This document shows, piece after piece, positions 1 through 9,780 of a stretch of DNA of 64,000 bases. Location of the stretch: NCBI GenBank assembly GCA_949293555.1, contig CASFDV010000002.1, forward strand, positions 279,812-343,811, read 5' to 3'. The stretch's first letter is position 1, and each line of letters opens with the position of its first letter. A model generated the notes under the pieces. That model was not told the origin of the DNA, did not search any database, and saw nothing but the letters and a program-made list of their open reading frames with translations. A program made the position numbers and the translations under genes. This DNA is from an uncultured Bacillota bacterium. GTDB lineage: Bacteria; Bacillota_I; Bacilli_A; RFN20; CAG-826.

Positions 1-2
1 TC

Positions 3-320
3 TTCGGGGTGCTCGGCTCCTTCATTGCAAACTGCGCGATCCTCTTCTCCATGGCGGGCGCCGGCTATCCCGTCCTTCCAACGCTTGACCTCGCCCATTG
101 GTACTGGATCCTTCTCGTGGCCATCGCGATTCCCCTGATCGCAGTCCTTGGGGACCTTTCCCTTTCCCTCATCAAGAGGCATTTCGCGATCAAGGATTTC
201 GGCACGGTGCTCCGCGGGCACGGGGGAGTGCTCGACCGCGCGGACAGCATCATGTTCGTATCGATCGGGCTTTCCATCTTGATGATATTCATCGGGCACG
301 GGTGGAACTTCTTCGTCTGA
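3..320 (+). CDS. cdsA: Phosphatidate cytidylyltransferase, C-terminal part (5' end outside window)
   Basis: Signature GDL..S.IKRHFAIKDFGTVLRGHGGVLDRADS; canonical position upstream of dxr-rseP. Confidence 0.93.
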   Translation, partial: FGVLGSFIANCAILFSMAGAGYPVLPTLDLAHWYWILLVAIAIPLIAVLGDLSLSLIKRHFAIKDFGTVLRGHGGVLDRADSIMFVSIGLSILMIFIGHGWNFFV

Positions 321-1477
321 TGAAAAGGGTTCTTCTCCTCGGCGCTTCCGGGAACATCGGTACCCAGGCGCTGGACGTGCTTGCCAAGGCGAGGGGGCGC
401 TATACCCTCGAGGGGATAAGCGTAGGCAGGAATTCCGAAGCTATAGAGGGGATTCTCAAGGATTTTCCAACCATCCGGCATGTCTATCTTATGGACGCGG
501 GGCGCGCGGCCTTCCTCAGGGAGAAGCACCCATCCGTGCGGTTCTTTTCCGGCGAGGAGGGCCTAGGCGCAATCGTCGACGCCTTCGAGGGGGATATCGT
601 CCTGAACGCCATCCTTGGCTTTGCCGGGCTCTTGCCAAGCCTAAGGGCTTTGGAGAAGGGGAAGCTCTTGGCGCTTGCGAACAAGGAGAGCCTTGTCGTC
701 GGAGGGTCCCTGATACCTCCTCTCCTGGATCGATGCGGAGGGTCCATCGTCCCGATCGATTCGGAGCACGTCGCCTTCCGGAAGTGCCTGAACAAGGCGG
801 CAGGAAGGCCGTGGAAGAAGTTCCTCATCACTGCCTCTGGCGGCGCCTTCCGCGATTTTTCCCGCGAGGAGATAAGGCGCCTTCCGGCGGAACGAGCGCT
901 CCTCCACCCGACTTGGAGGATGGGGAAGAAGATCACCATCGACAGCGCGACCATGTTCAACAAGGGGTTCGAGATCATCGAGGCGATGCGCCTTTTCTCA
1001 ATACGGAGCGAGGACATCGAGATCCTTATGCACCGGGAATCCCTCGTCCATAGCGCGATTCTTCTTCAAGACGGGACCTATCTTGCCGACGTCGGGAGGC
1101 CTGACATGAGGGAGGCGATCCGCTTCGCGCTGGAAGGGGGGACGTCATCCGACGGGGTCATGGAGGTTTCCTCGCTAAAGGATATCGAAGGGGCGAGCTT
1201 CGCCCCCTTCTCCCCGGCGCGCTTCCCTGCCGTCTCCATCGCCTTGGAGGCGGAAAGGGCGGGCGGGGACAGGACCGCCGTCCTCAACGGCGCCGACGAG
1301 GAGGCGGTCGCCCGCTATCTGGAGGGGGAAATCGGGATCTGCGGGATCGAGAAAGCGGTCGCCCTTGCGCTCCATGAGGTGCCGGGCGGCCCCGGCTTGT
1401 CGTATGATGCTCTCCGCGCGTCCGACCGGAACGCCCGTTCCTTCGTGCGCAGCCTTCCTGCGAGTGCCTTGAACTGA
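320..1477 (+). CDS. dxr: 1-deoxy-D-xylulose 5-phosphate reductoisomerase
   Basis: True start ATG 320 overlaps the cdsA stop (TGATG); LLGASGNIG, ALANKESLV, PIDSEH, HPTWRMGKKITIDSAT motifs. Confidence 0.95.
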   Translation: MKRVLLLGASGNIGTQALDVLAKARGRYTLEGISVGRNSEAIEGILKDFPTIRHVYLMDAGRAAFLREKHPSVRFFSGEEGLGAIVDAFEGDIVLNAILGFAGLLPSLRALEKGKLLALANKESLVVGGSLIPPLLDRCGGSIVPIDSEHVAFRKCLNKAAGRPWKKFLITASGGAFRDFSREEIRRLPAERALLHPTWRMGKKITIDSATMFNKGFEIIEAMRLFSIRSEDIEILMHRESLVHSAILLQDGTYLADVGRPDMREAIRFALEGGTSSDGVMEVSSLKDIEGASFAPFSPARFPAVSIALEAERAGGDRTAVLNGADEEAVARYLEGEIGICGIEKAVALALHEVPGGPGLSYDALRASDRNARSFVRSLPASALN

Positions 1478-2811
1478 TGAACACCTTTATCACGATCCTC
1501 ATCCTCATCCTGATGCTCGGGATCCTCCTGGCGACCCATGAGCTTGGGCATCTTCTTCTTGCCAAGGGCTTCAACGTCTTCTGCCTCGAGTATTCGATCG
1601 GCTTCGGTCCCAGGCTCTTCAAGTTCCGGAAAAGGGGCGGCGAGACGGACTATTCGCTCCGCCTTCTTCCCTTGGGCGGCTATGTGTCGATGTATGCCGA
1701 AGGGGTCGAGCTCGAGGACGGGCAGGCGGTCCCTCCGGAGCGCTCCATCGAGGGAATAAGCGCCGGGAAGCGCGCGCTCGTGATGCTCGGCGGCATCGCG
1801 ATGAATCTTCTTTTCTCCCTGATATTCACTTTCATCTACGCGATCGCGTTCCCTAATTCCTATCAAGCCCAGGCAATCTACGTGGACACCGGGCTTTCCA
1901 CTTCCGTCCGTTCCGCGAGCGCCCTCTGGGGCGAAGGGGAGCTTGGAGGGGAGAGCTTCGACTTCGAGCACGAAAGGATTTATAGCCCGGAAATCGCGAC
2001 GGACGCGAACCTCAACCAACGGGGCTACCTGATTGACTCCGAGGTGACGATCGGGGAGGAAACCTACGCGGCCGTCTTCCTTTCCTCCTCCCTTTCCGGG
2101 ACGAGGCTCCTGGACGGGCTGACCTTCTATCCGATCGACGGGGGGAAGGCCGTGACCGCGGAAGATGAGGCGCTCGGGATCTACGGACGTCCCGACTTCA
2201 TGGCGGTTCCTTGTTCCTTCAAGGGCGGCGAGGCGTTCCGCCTGGACCTCATGGTCATTCCGGCGGAATCCTCTGAGTCGCGCCCGGACCTTGATGCCAC
2301 CGCACTTTCGGAAGCCGTGGCTAACCCGGTGTCAGTGGAGATTGCCGCGGTCGAGGAAGGGGGATCCGTCCGTCTCACTGGCACGGAGTTCCGCCTCGCG
2401 ACGCTTGAGGCCTATGCCCCGCTTGGGGAGCGCTTCCGGACGGGTTGCGAGTACTTCGCGAACTTCTTCGTCGCGATCGGGCAGGGCCTTGGGGCGCTCT
2501 TCTCCTTCGACTTCAGCCAGCTCGGGTCCGTAGTCGCGATGGGAAGCGTGCTCTCGCAGTCTTCCGCGGCGATCGGATGGGGAAGGACGTTCTTCTTCTA
2601 TGGCGGCTACCTTGCCTTGAACCTCGCGATCCTGAACCTCCTTCCGATTCCCGGCCTCGACGGCTGGCAACTTCTCGTCACGGGAGTGGAGAAGGTGTTC
2701 CGGCGCAAGATTCCGGACAAGATCAAGAACATTGTCTCCTATGTCGGCCTCGGGCTTCTCTTGCTCCTCGGGGTAGGTATCATCGTGAAAGATGTCATCG
2801 GCTTGTTCTGA
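1477..2811 (+). CDS. rseP: RIP metalloprotease RseP (site-2 protease, M50 family)
   Basis: HELGH zinc motif, LPLGGYV, NLLPIPGLDG; synteny with dxr and polC. Confidence 0.9.
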   Translation: MNTFITILILILMLGILLATHELGHLLLAKGFNVFCLEYSIGFGPRLFKFRKRGGETDYSLRLLPLGGYVSMYAEGVELEDGQAVPPERSIEGISAGKRALVMLGGIAMNLLFSLIFTFIYAIAFPNSYQAQAIYVDTGLSTSVRSASALWGEGELGGESFDFEHERIYSPEIATDANLNQRGYLIDSEVTIGEETYAAVFLSSSLSGTRLLDGLTFYPIDGGKAVTAEDEALGIYGRPDFMAVPCSFKGGEAFRLDLMVIPAESSESRPDLDATALSEAVANPVSVEIAAVEEGGSVRLTGTEFRLATLEAYAPLGERFRTGCEYFANFFVAIGQGLGALFSFDFSQLGSVVAMGSVLSQSSAAIGWGRTFFFYGGYLALNLAILNLLPIPGLDGWQLLVTGVEKVFRRKIPDKIKNIVSYVGLGLLLLLGVGIIVKDVIGLF

Positions 2812-2820
2812 GGTTGTTGG

Positions 2821-5800
2821 ATGAGGGATATCACCGCGCGCTTCCTTCGTTCCATCGGCGTGCCCGAGGGGGCGCTCGACGTCGAGCTTATCGCCGCGAG
2901 GAAAGTCGCGGGGAACGTCCTTTCGATGACCATCCGGAAGGAAAGCCCCTGGCGGGCGGAGGACCTTGAGCTCTTCATCGAGGGCCTCGGGACCATCGAC
3001 TATGGCTACGAGATGTCCTACGTCTACGGGAGAAGGCCGTCCCAAGGCGACCTCCTCTCCCTTTTCAACGACTGGTTCTTCCTGCATGAGAGATGCGGGG
3101 CGCATGAGCTCCTCTTCCCAGGGGAGGGCGGGATCCGCATCGTCCCGATGGAAGGGGAGGAGGCGGAGGCCCTGAAGATGAAGGCCAGCCGCTTCCATGA
3201 CCTGCTCCGCTATATCTGCTACCCTCCCGAGTTCCTCGAGGTGGGCCTTTACGAGAAAAGGGAGGAGCCCGCGGAAGAGCCAGAAGGGCTGCCGGAAGAT
3301 GCAGTCGCCCAGGAGGATTCCTTCGCTGAGCTTCCCCGCGAGGCAGAGGACGAGGACTGGGAGAAGGCCAGGGCCGAGGAAGAAGCCAAGGAGCGGGAGC
3401 TAGGGAAAGAGGCGGGAAGGCTCTACGTCGAGTCGATCCGCGCTGAAAACTTTGCAGAAACCAGACGAAGGGCAAAAAAACGAGGGAACTACGTTCCTTG
3501 CTCCTCCATCAATGAGGCGCTTTCCCTCCAGTCCGGGAACGTCGAGATCGCTGGGCGGATCGCCTCGATGGACTTCAAGAGGACAAGAAAGGGCGGCTTC
3601 GGAGGGAGCCTGCTTCTTTATGACGCCACGAACGGCATCTACTGCCGCCTGTTCTCAGGGAAGGCGCTTTCCGAGGACAAGCTGAAATCCCTCAAAGTCG
3701 AGGACTACGTCCTTGTCCGCGGCGGGATCGAGCTCGACGAACGCATGAACGAGCTTCAGATATACGTCCACTCCCTCGACCAGCTCGGGGACTACCCGAT
3801 GAGGGACGACCCCTCTCCGGTGAAGAGGGTGGAGCTCCATCTCCATACGAGGATGTCCGCGATGGACGGGATCGGCGACATGGACGCCTACTGCCGTCTC
3901 GCTGCCCATATGGGGATGAAGGCCATCGCGGTCACCGATCACGCGGTCATCCAGTCCTTCCCCGAGGCGGAGCAGGCCGGGAAGAAGCACAAGATGAAGG
4001 TGCTCTACGGCTGCGAGTTCAACATGTTCGACTATCCGAAGTACGTCTTCAACGGGACGGACGCGCCTCTTGCCCGGGGACGCTACTGCGTCTTCGACTT
4101 CGAGACCACGGGGCTAAGCGCCATCTACGATCGCCCGACGGAATTCGGCGCGGTCATCCTTGAGAACGGGGTGGTCGTGGACCGCTTCGACACTTTCATC
4201 AATCCCGAGATGCCGATCCCGCCCTTCATTGCCGAGAAGACCCGCATTACCGACGAGATGGTGAAGGACGCTCCGAAGAACGACGAGGCGCTGGATAAGA
4301 TCCTCGCTTTCGTCGGGGACGCGGTCATGGTCAGCCATAACGCGACCTTCGACATGGGCTTTCTCAACGCGATGTGCGCTCGCGCGGGCCGGGGACCTGT
4401 CAAGAACGCGGTCGTCGACACCCTTGCGCTCAGCCACTACCTCTTTCCGAACGCGAAGGGCCACCGCCTCGGCGACCTTTCGAAGAACCTTAAGCTAGAG
4501 GTCTATAAAGAAGATGCCGCCCACCGCGCGGACTTCGACGCCGAGGCCCTTTCTTCCGTCTGGCAGGCGATCATCGGCCTCCTTCTCAAGGAGGATCCTG
4601 CGCTCACGGTGAAGGGCCTTGCGAACCTTCGGAGCGACAACCCGAACCTGTTCAAGCACCTGAGGGTCAGGCATTGCATCGCCCTGGCGAGGAACCGGGA
4701 AGGCCTCCGCTCCCTCTACCGCCTCATTTCCGAAAGCCATGTCCGCTACCTCGCATCCGGCTCCGAGCCTAAGATCCCGAGGACGGAGATCGAACGCTAC
4801 CGAAAGGACCTTCTCCTTGGTTCCGCTTGTTTCAACGGGGAGGTGTTCGAGGCGGCCTCCAGAGGGCGCTACGAGGACTTGGTCGAGGCGTGCCGCTTCT
4901 ATGACTACGTGGAGATCCAGCCCCCCGCGAACTATTCCTACCGCGTGAACATCGGGGATTTCTCCGAAGGGCGGGTCGTTGAGCTTCTCCAGCTGATCGC
5001 CAAGGCCGCCGAGGAGGCGGGCGTCCCGGTATGCGCCACGGGCGACTGCCACTACCCGGATCCGGAGGACAAGATCGCAAGGGACGTACTCATCGCCTCT
5101 CCTTCCGTCGGACGGGGGACGCATCCCCTCATGAGGGCCCGCTCCCGCGTTGCCTATTTCGATAACCCGGACCAGCACTTCCGCTCGACGGAAGAGATGG
5201 TCGAAGCCTTCTCCGGCATCTTCCCGCCTGACTACGTGCGGAAGATCGTCATCGACAACACGAACGAGGTCGCCGACAAATGCGAGGTGTTCCCGATCCT
5301 CAAGGACCGGCTCTACGCCCCGACCTCCAATTTCCCAGGAAGCGACAAGGAACTGAGGGATATCTGCTACCGGAACCTCCATGATAAGTATGGCGAGAAT
5401 CCCGACCCCATCATCGTGGAGCGACTTGAGAAAGAACTGAAGGGCATTATCGAGAACGGCTATTCCGTCACCTACCTGATCGCTCATTACATCGTGAAAA
5501 GGGCCCATGATGACGGATACATCGTCGGTTCTCGCGGTTCGGTCGGATCTAGCTTCACCGCGACGATGGCGAACATCACCGAGGTGAATCCCCTCCCGCC
5601 GCATTACCTTTGCCCCAAGTGCAAGCACTTCGAGTGGGGGGAAGGCGTTCGCTCCGGATTCGATCTTCCTGAGAAAAAGTGCCCGGTTTGCGGGGAAACC
5701 ATGGTCCACGACGGGCAAACGATTCCTTTTGAGACCTTCCTTGGCTTCCATGCGGACAAGGTTCCGGACATCGATCTGAACTTCCCCAAGGACTACCAGG

Positions 5801-7269
5801 CCAGGGCCCACGACTACGCGCGGGAACTTCTCTCATCACGGGAGGAGAACGAGGCGATCGCGAAAGGCATCGCCCTCGACTCTCCCCACGTTGTGCGCGC
5901 GGGCACCATCTCCACCCTTGAAGACAAGAAGGCGATCGGCTACGTGAGAGGCGCCTATTTCGAGGATTACCTGAAGATGGACCCGAGCTCGGAAACTCGC
6001 GGGTTCATCCGGGCCCTTGCCCATAGGATCGTCGGCTCCAAGCTGACGACAGGGCAGCACCCCGGGGGCATCGTCGTCATTCCCCGGGACATGGACATCT
6101 TCGACTTCACCCCTTTCCAATATCCTTCCGACGACCCGGAGAAAAGCTGGCTTACGACCCATTTCGAATTCGCGAGCATGCACGACTGCCTTTTGAAGCT
6201 GGACCTTCTCGGGCATGTCGATCCCCTTGCCCTCCGCAGCCTCTCGCTCAGGACGGGCATCGCCGCTGAAAGCCTGCCTCTCGGGGACCCGAAGGTCCTT
6301 TCCCTCTTCAATTCGCCCAAGGAGCTTGGGCTTCGCTCGAACCCGCTGGGCTTCCTGACGGGCGCGGTCTGCCTTCCGGAGTTCGGCACGAACTTCGTCC
6401 AGCGGATCCTCGCGGACGTCCATCCCCGTTCCTTCGACGACCTTCTGATCGTTTCCGGGCTCAGCCACGGCACGGACGTCTGGGCGAACAACATCCAGGA
6501 TCTCGTGAGGGATGGTACCGCCACGCTCCGCGAAGTCGTCGGATGCCGTGACGACATCATGACCTACCTCATCTCCTGCGGGGTTTCCTCGCTTGACGCC
6601 TTCAAGATCATGGAGACGGTCCGCAAGAAGGACAAGAATCTTGACGAGAAACAGGAAGCCATGATGCGGGAGCACGGCGTCCCTGAGTGGTACATCGCCT
6701 CCTGCCGCAAGATCCAGTACCTCTTCCCGAGGGCGCATGCGACGGCCTACGTCATCAATGCGGTGAGAAACGCTTGGTATAAGCTCTATCGGCCCTTGGA
6801 TTTCTACGCCACCTATTTCAGCGTCCGCTGCGACAGGAAGTTCGATCTCGAGGCGATGACCTCTGGCGAGGATTCCGTCCTCGAGGCGTACCGCACGCTA
6901 TCCGAGAGGGCGGGCACTCCCGAGGCGAAGGATCTCGACGCCGCCTACATGAAGTCGCTCCAGGCCGCCGCGGAGCTTTATGACCGGGGCTTCCGGGTAG
7001 GGAAGGTATCGATCACCCGTTCCCTTGTCTCGGACTGGCTCGTGGATGAGAAGGAAGGGATGCTCATCCCGCCCTTCACCGCATTGAACGGGCTGGGGGA
7101 CTCCGCGGCCGAGACGGTTGTCCGGGAACGCGAGAAGAAGCCTTTCCTTTCCCAGGAGGACCTCATGGACAGGACCTCCCTTACCAAGAAGCACCTGGAG
7201 GAGCTCAGAAGATGTGGCGCGCTCGACGGTCTCAACGAGTCGGACCAGCTCTGGCTCTTTGACTTCTAG
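2821..7269 (+). CDS. polC: DNA polymerase III PolC-type alpha subunit
   Basis: PHP ELHLHT.MS, inserted exonuclease VFDFETTG, VGSRGSVGSS, KVPDIDLNF, TTGQHPGG; 1482 aa. Confidence 0.97.
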   Translation: MRDITARFLRSIGVPEGALDVELIAARKVAGNVLSMTIRKESPWRAEDLELFIEGLGTIDYGYEMSYVYGRRPSQGDLLSLFNDWFFLHERCGAHELLFPGEGGIRIVPMEGEEAEALKMKASRFHDLLRYICYPPEFLEVGLYEKREEPAEEPEGLPEDAVAQEDSFAELPREAEDEDWEKARAEEEAKERELGKEAGRLYVESIRAENFAETRRRAKKRGNYVPCSSINEALSLQSGNVEIAGRIASMDFKRTRKGGFGGSLLLYDATNGIYCRLFSGKALSEDKLKSLKVEDYVLVRGGIELDERMNELQIYVHSLDQLGDYPMRDDPSPVKRVELHLHTRMSAMDGIGDMDAYCRLAAHMGMKAIAVTDHAVIQSFPEAEQAGKKHKMKVLYGCEFNMFDYPKYVFNGTDAPLARGRYCVFDFETTGLSAIYDRPTEFGAVILENGVVVDRFDTFINPEMPIPPFIAEKTRITDEMVKDAPKNDEALDKILAFVGDAVMVSHNATFDMGFLNAMCARAGRGPVKNAVVDTLALSHYLFPNAKGHRLGDLSKNLKLEVYKEDAAHRADFDAEALSSVWQAIIGLLLKEDPALTVKGLANLRSDNPNLFKHLRVRHCIALARNREGLRSLYRLISESHVRYLASGSEPKIPRTEIERYRKDLLLGSACFNGEVFEAASRGRYEDLVEACRFYDYVEIQPPANYSYRVNIGDFSEGRVVELLQLIAKAAEEAGVPVCATGDCHYPDPEDKIARDVLIASPSVGRGTHPLMRARSRVAYFDNPDQHFRSTEEMVEAFSGIFPPDYVRKIVIDNTNEVADKCEVFPILKDRLYAPTSNFPGSDKELRDICYRNLHDKYGENPDPIIVERLEKELKGIIENGYSVTYLIAHYIVKRAHDDGYIVGSRGSVGSSFTATMANITEVNPLPPHYLCPKCKHFEWGEGVRSGFDLPEKKCPVCGETMVHDGQTIPFETFLGFHADKVPDIDLNFPKDYQARAHDYARELLSSREENEAIAKGIALDSPHVVRAGTISTLEDKKAIGYVRGAYFEDYLKMDPSSETRGFIRALAHRIVGSKLTTGQHPGGIVVIPRDMDIFDFTPFQYPSDDPEKSWLTTHFEFASMHDCLLKLDLLGHVDPLALRSLSLRTGIAAESLPLGDPKVLSLFNSPKELGLRSNPLGFLTGAVCLPEFGTNFVQRILADVHPRSFDDLLIVSGLSHGTDVWANNIQDLVRDGTATLREVVGCRDDIMTYLISCGVSSLDAFKIMETVRKKDKNLDEKQEAMMREHGVPEWYIASCRKIQYLFPRAHATAYVINAVRNAWYKLYRPLDFYATYFSVRCDRKFDLEAMTSGEDSVLEAYRTLSERAGTPEAKDLDAAYMKSLQAAAELYDRGFRVGKVSITRSLVSDWLVDEKEGMLIPPFTALNGLGDSAAETVVREREKKPFLSQEDLMDRTSLTKKHLEELRRCGALDGLNESDQLWLFDF

Positions 7270-7305
7270 TCCTGATGTGCTAGTATCCGCTCCGCGGAAA
7301 TCCGC

Positions 7306-7382
7306 CGGGACGTAGCACAGCTTGGTAGTGCGCCTGGTTCGGGACCAGGAGGTCACGGGTTCAAACCCCGTCGTTCCGACCA
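7306..7382 (+). tRNA. tRNA-Pro(CGG)
   Basis: Cloverleaf; anticodon arm CCTGG-TTCGGGA-CCAGG; GGTTCAAA T-loop; encoded CCA. Confidence 0.95.
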
Positions 7383-7390
7383 CCGAGATC

Positions 7391-7414
7391 AATGCCGAGA
7401 AATCGGCATTTTTT
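7391..7414 (+). terminator. Rho-independent terminator after tRNA-Pro
   Basis: AATGCCGA-GAAA-TCGGCATT followed by a T run. Confidence 0.8.
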
Positions 7415-7594
7415 GATTGTTAAAGTAGGTTTTGAGTGGTTTTCAGCCCTATTCCAGCATTCAAAAGAGGGAAACCTTAGGCTGGCCATTCCTTGCCGTC
7501 CTAGTTTTGGGAAAGCAGATTAGGACTCTGTTCTATGGCGGATTGCGCCTTCGCCCTTCCTTCCTGCCTTAAGTAAGAGTAATGTATGCCCGTT

Positions 7595-7671
7595 GCGCCC
7601 GTAGCTCAGCTGGACAGAGCACTTCCCTCCTAAGGAAGGGGTCAGGCGTTCGAATCGCCTCGGGCGCGCCA
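7595..7671 (+). tRNA. tRNA-Arg(CCT)
   Basis: Anticodon arm CTTCC-CTCCTAA-GGAAG; Arg identity elements A20 and G73; CCA end. Confidence 0.95.
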
Positions 7672-7723
7672 GAGCACCTTCGCGCCATCTGGCGCTTTTT
7701 TTGAAAAAAGGCGGTCCTGCCGC

Positions 7724-8062
7724 CTAGAAGGAACCTTCGTAGTTCGCTATGGGGATCGTGTACATCGCCCCGTGGATAGCCTGGAAGTTGGCGGTATGTT
7801 CCCGGATTAGGTCCTTCAGTTCCCCAAGCCTTCCTTCGTCCAGGATGATGAACATCGTGGTCGAGCCCGCGTATTCGCTCGGGGTCTCGGCGATGTCGGA
7901 AAGCGACAGGGCCGCATGGGGTCCGTCAAGCCCTTCGATGATGTGGCGGAGCCCGGCTGTCTCAAGGATCGTCGCGTTATAGCCTCTGTCGAGGATGGCC
8001 CTATGCAGGGCGTCTGTCCTCGGGCCTTTGTCGAGCACGGAATAGAGTAGGACTTTCATCAT
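7724..8062 (-). CDS. P-II-like small regulatory protein
   Basis: 112 aa with P-II pattern (GYNATILETAG...STTMFIIL...AMYTIPI); SD GAAGGAG; divergent from a cation/H+ antiporter. Confidence 0.6.
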   Translation of the reverse strand: MMKVLLYSVLDKGPRTDALHRAILDRGYNATILETAGLRHIIEGLDGPHAALSLSDIAETPSEYAGSTTMFIILDEGRLGELKDLIREHTANFQAIHGAMYTIPIANYEGSF

Positions 8063-8165
8063 CTCTCCTTCGGGAAACCGGATTATCCCAACCGGAAGCC
8101 CCCTTGTGAAGCGCTTCCTTGCATGTTTTTCATCCTACCGCCAAAGACCATCCTATAGTGGGTCC

Positions 8166-9581
8166 ATGCCTGATGCATTGGAAAACGTATTCTCCGGAAG
8201 CCCCTTCGAAGTTCTTCTTCCTGTCGCCTTGATTCTCGTTCTGGCCAAGGTCCTGGGACTTCTTTTTGAAAAGATCAAGGTCCCGGCTGTGCTCGGGTTC
8301 CTATGCTCCGGGCTTCTGGTAGGCCTTCTATCGTTCATTCCCGGGGAGACGGTCGTCACGGACTATACGAGGACTGGCATCGACATCCTCGGAAAGTTCG
8401 GCGTGGTGCTGATCCTCTTCAGCGCCGGCTTGGAGACCGACATGAAGAAGATGAAGGCGGTCGGCCTTCCCGCGGTCGCGATCACCATGGCCGGTGTGCT
8501 CCTGCCCATGCTTTTCGGATTCCTGCTGGCGTTCCTCTTCCGGGTGCACGGCGGAATCGAAGCGGACTTCCTGGAACCTGGCGTCGACCCTTTCTGGAGC
8601 GACCTCTACTACGGAGTGATCCTCACGGCGACAAGCGTCTCGATCACCGTCGCGACGCTGAAGGCCCTTGGGAAGCTCGACGGCAAGGCCGGCTCAGCCC
8701 TTGTGTCCGCGGCGATCATTGACGACGTCATTGGTATCGTCCTTCTTTCGATCGTCCTATCCCTCTCGGGCACGAGTTCCGGAGGAGGGGACTTCAACCT
8801 CCTCATGTACATCGTCGAGGCTTGTGGATCGACGGTCTCCGGAGCCTTGGAAATCGTCCTTGTCCTGCTCAACATGGCCATCTTCGTCCTTCTGTCGCTA
8901 GTGGCGGGCTATTTGATGAGGCGCCTCTTCAACTGGCTGGGCGAGAAATATCCTCATCACATCCGCCTCCCGATCCTCTCGCTTGCCTTCTGCTTCCTCT
9001 GGGCCTATCTTGCCCAAGGGCTTTTCCAGATCGCGGACATCACCGGCGCCTACATCGCCGGGATGATTCTTTCGCCTACCAAGCCAAAGGAATATATCGA
9101 CCATCGCGCGGAGACGACGATGAACGTCTTCTTCGTCCCGATCTTCTTCGCCTCGGTCGCGCTGAAGATGTACGACGCCACGATGGACTTCGGCGACGGG
9201 CTCTTCCTGACGTTCGGCTTCCTCTATGTCTTCGCCGGGCTTCTTGGCAAGTTCCTTGGCGCCGGGGCCGCTTCGCTCGCCTGCCGTTTCTCGCTTAAGG
9301 ATTCCCTCGCCATCGGGACCGGGATGATGGCGAGGGCGGAGGTTCTTGTCGTGACTGCCCAGACTGGAGTGGATTCGAGGTTGGTCAGCCCGGGGATCAT
9401 GCCTTTCCCCTTGCTTCTAATCCTTGTCTCGAGCTTCCTCACCCCTTTGCTCCTGCGACTGATCTACGGGAAGGATGGCACTGGAAAGGGGGAAGGGGAG
9501 CCTTCTTCTCAAGAAGAAGCCTGCCTGGGGAAGACGGGCGAGGAATCCGCCCTTGACAGGGAGGCCTTCGCCGTCCTATAG
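8166..9581 (+). CDS. Cation:proton antiporter (CPA2/NapA-like)
   Basis: Multi-TM protein with LFSAGLETD, ATSVSIT, AAIIDDVIG, GMMARAEV; start moved to ATG 8166. Confidence 0.9.
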   Translation: MPDALENVFSGSPFEVLLPVALILVLAKVLGLLFEKIKVPAVLGFLCSGLLVGLLSFIPGETVVTDYTRTGIDILGKFGVVLILFSAGLETDMKKMKAVGLPAVAITMAGVLLPMLFGFLLAFLFRVHGGIEADFLEPGVDPFWSDLYYGVILTATSVSITVATLKALGKLDGKAGSALVSAAIIDDVIGIVLLSIVLSLSGTSSGGGDFNLLMYIVEACGSTVSGALEIVLVLLNMAIFVLLSLVAGYLMRRLFNWLGEKYPHHIRLPILSLAFCFLWAYLAQGLFQIADITGAYIAGMILSPTKPKEYIDHRAETTMNVFFVPIFFASVALKMYDATMDFGDGLFLTFGFLYVFAGLLGKFLGAGAASLACRFSLKDSLAIGTGMMARAEVLVVTAQTGVDSRLVSPGIMPFPLLLILVSSFLTPLLLRLIYGKDGTGKGEGEPSSQEEACLGKTGEESALDREAFAVL

Positions 9582-9582
9582 T
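9553..9582 (+). promoter_or_regulatory. Sigma-A promoter for tRNA-Ala, inside the antiporter 3' end
   Basis: TTGACA-N18-TATAGT. Confidence 0.6.
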
Positions 9583-9609
9583 CCGCTTCGCGCCAAAAGG
9601 CGTGGCGAT

Positions 9610-9685
9610 GGGGCGTTAGCTCAGCTGGGAGAGCGCCTCCATGGCATGGAGGAGGTCGTGAGTTCGATCCTCATACGCTCCACCA
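9610..9685 (+). tRNA. tRNA-Ala(GGC)
   Basis: GGGGCGT acceptor with G3:U70; anticodon arm CCTCC-ATGGCAT-GGAGG; CCA. Confidence 0.95.
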
Positions 9686-9780
9686 TCGCACAAGAGACTC
9701 CGGGGCACCGGAGTTTTTTTCGTAAGAAAAATGCGGCATCGATTTCGCTTATGGTTAATATAGCGGACGGGAGAAAGGCA

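Noticed and set aside
7415..7594. AT-rich spacer between tRNA-Pro and tRNA-Arg as an ncRNA or element scar
   Set aside because: No ORF, stable structure, att-like duplication or recognisable RNA motif that I can support.
9475..9780. ORF extensions running through tRNA genes (9475, 13278, 28464, 48116 starts)
   Set aside because: They overlap well-formed tRNAs; better starts with SD or -10 signals lie downstream.
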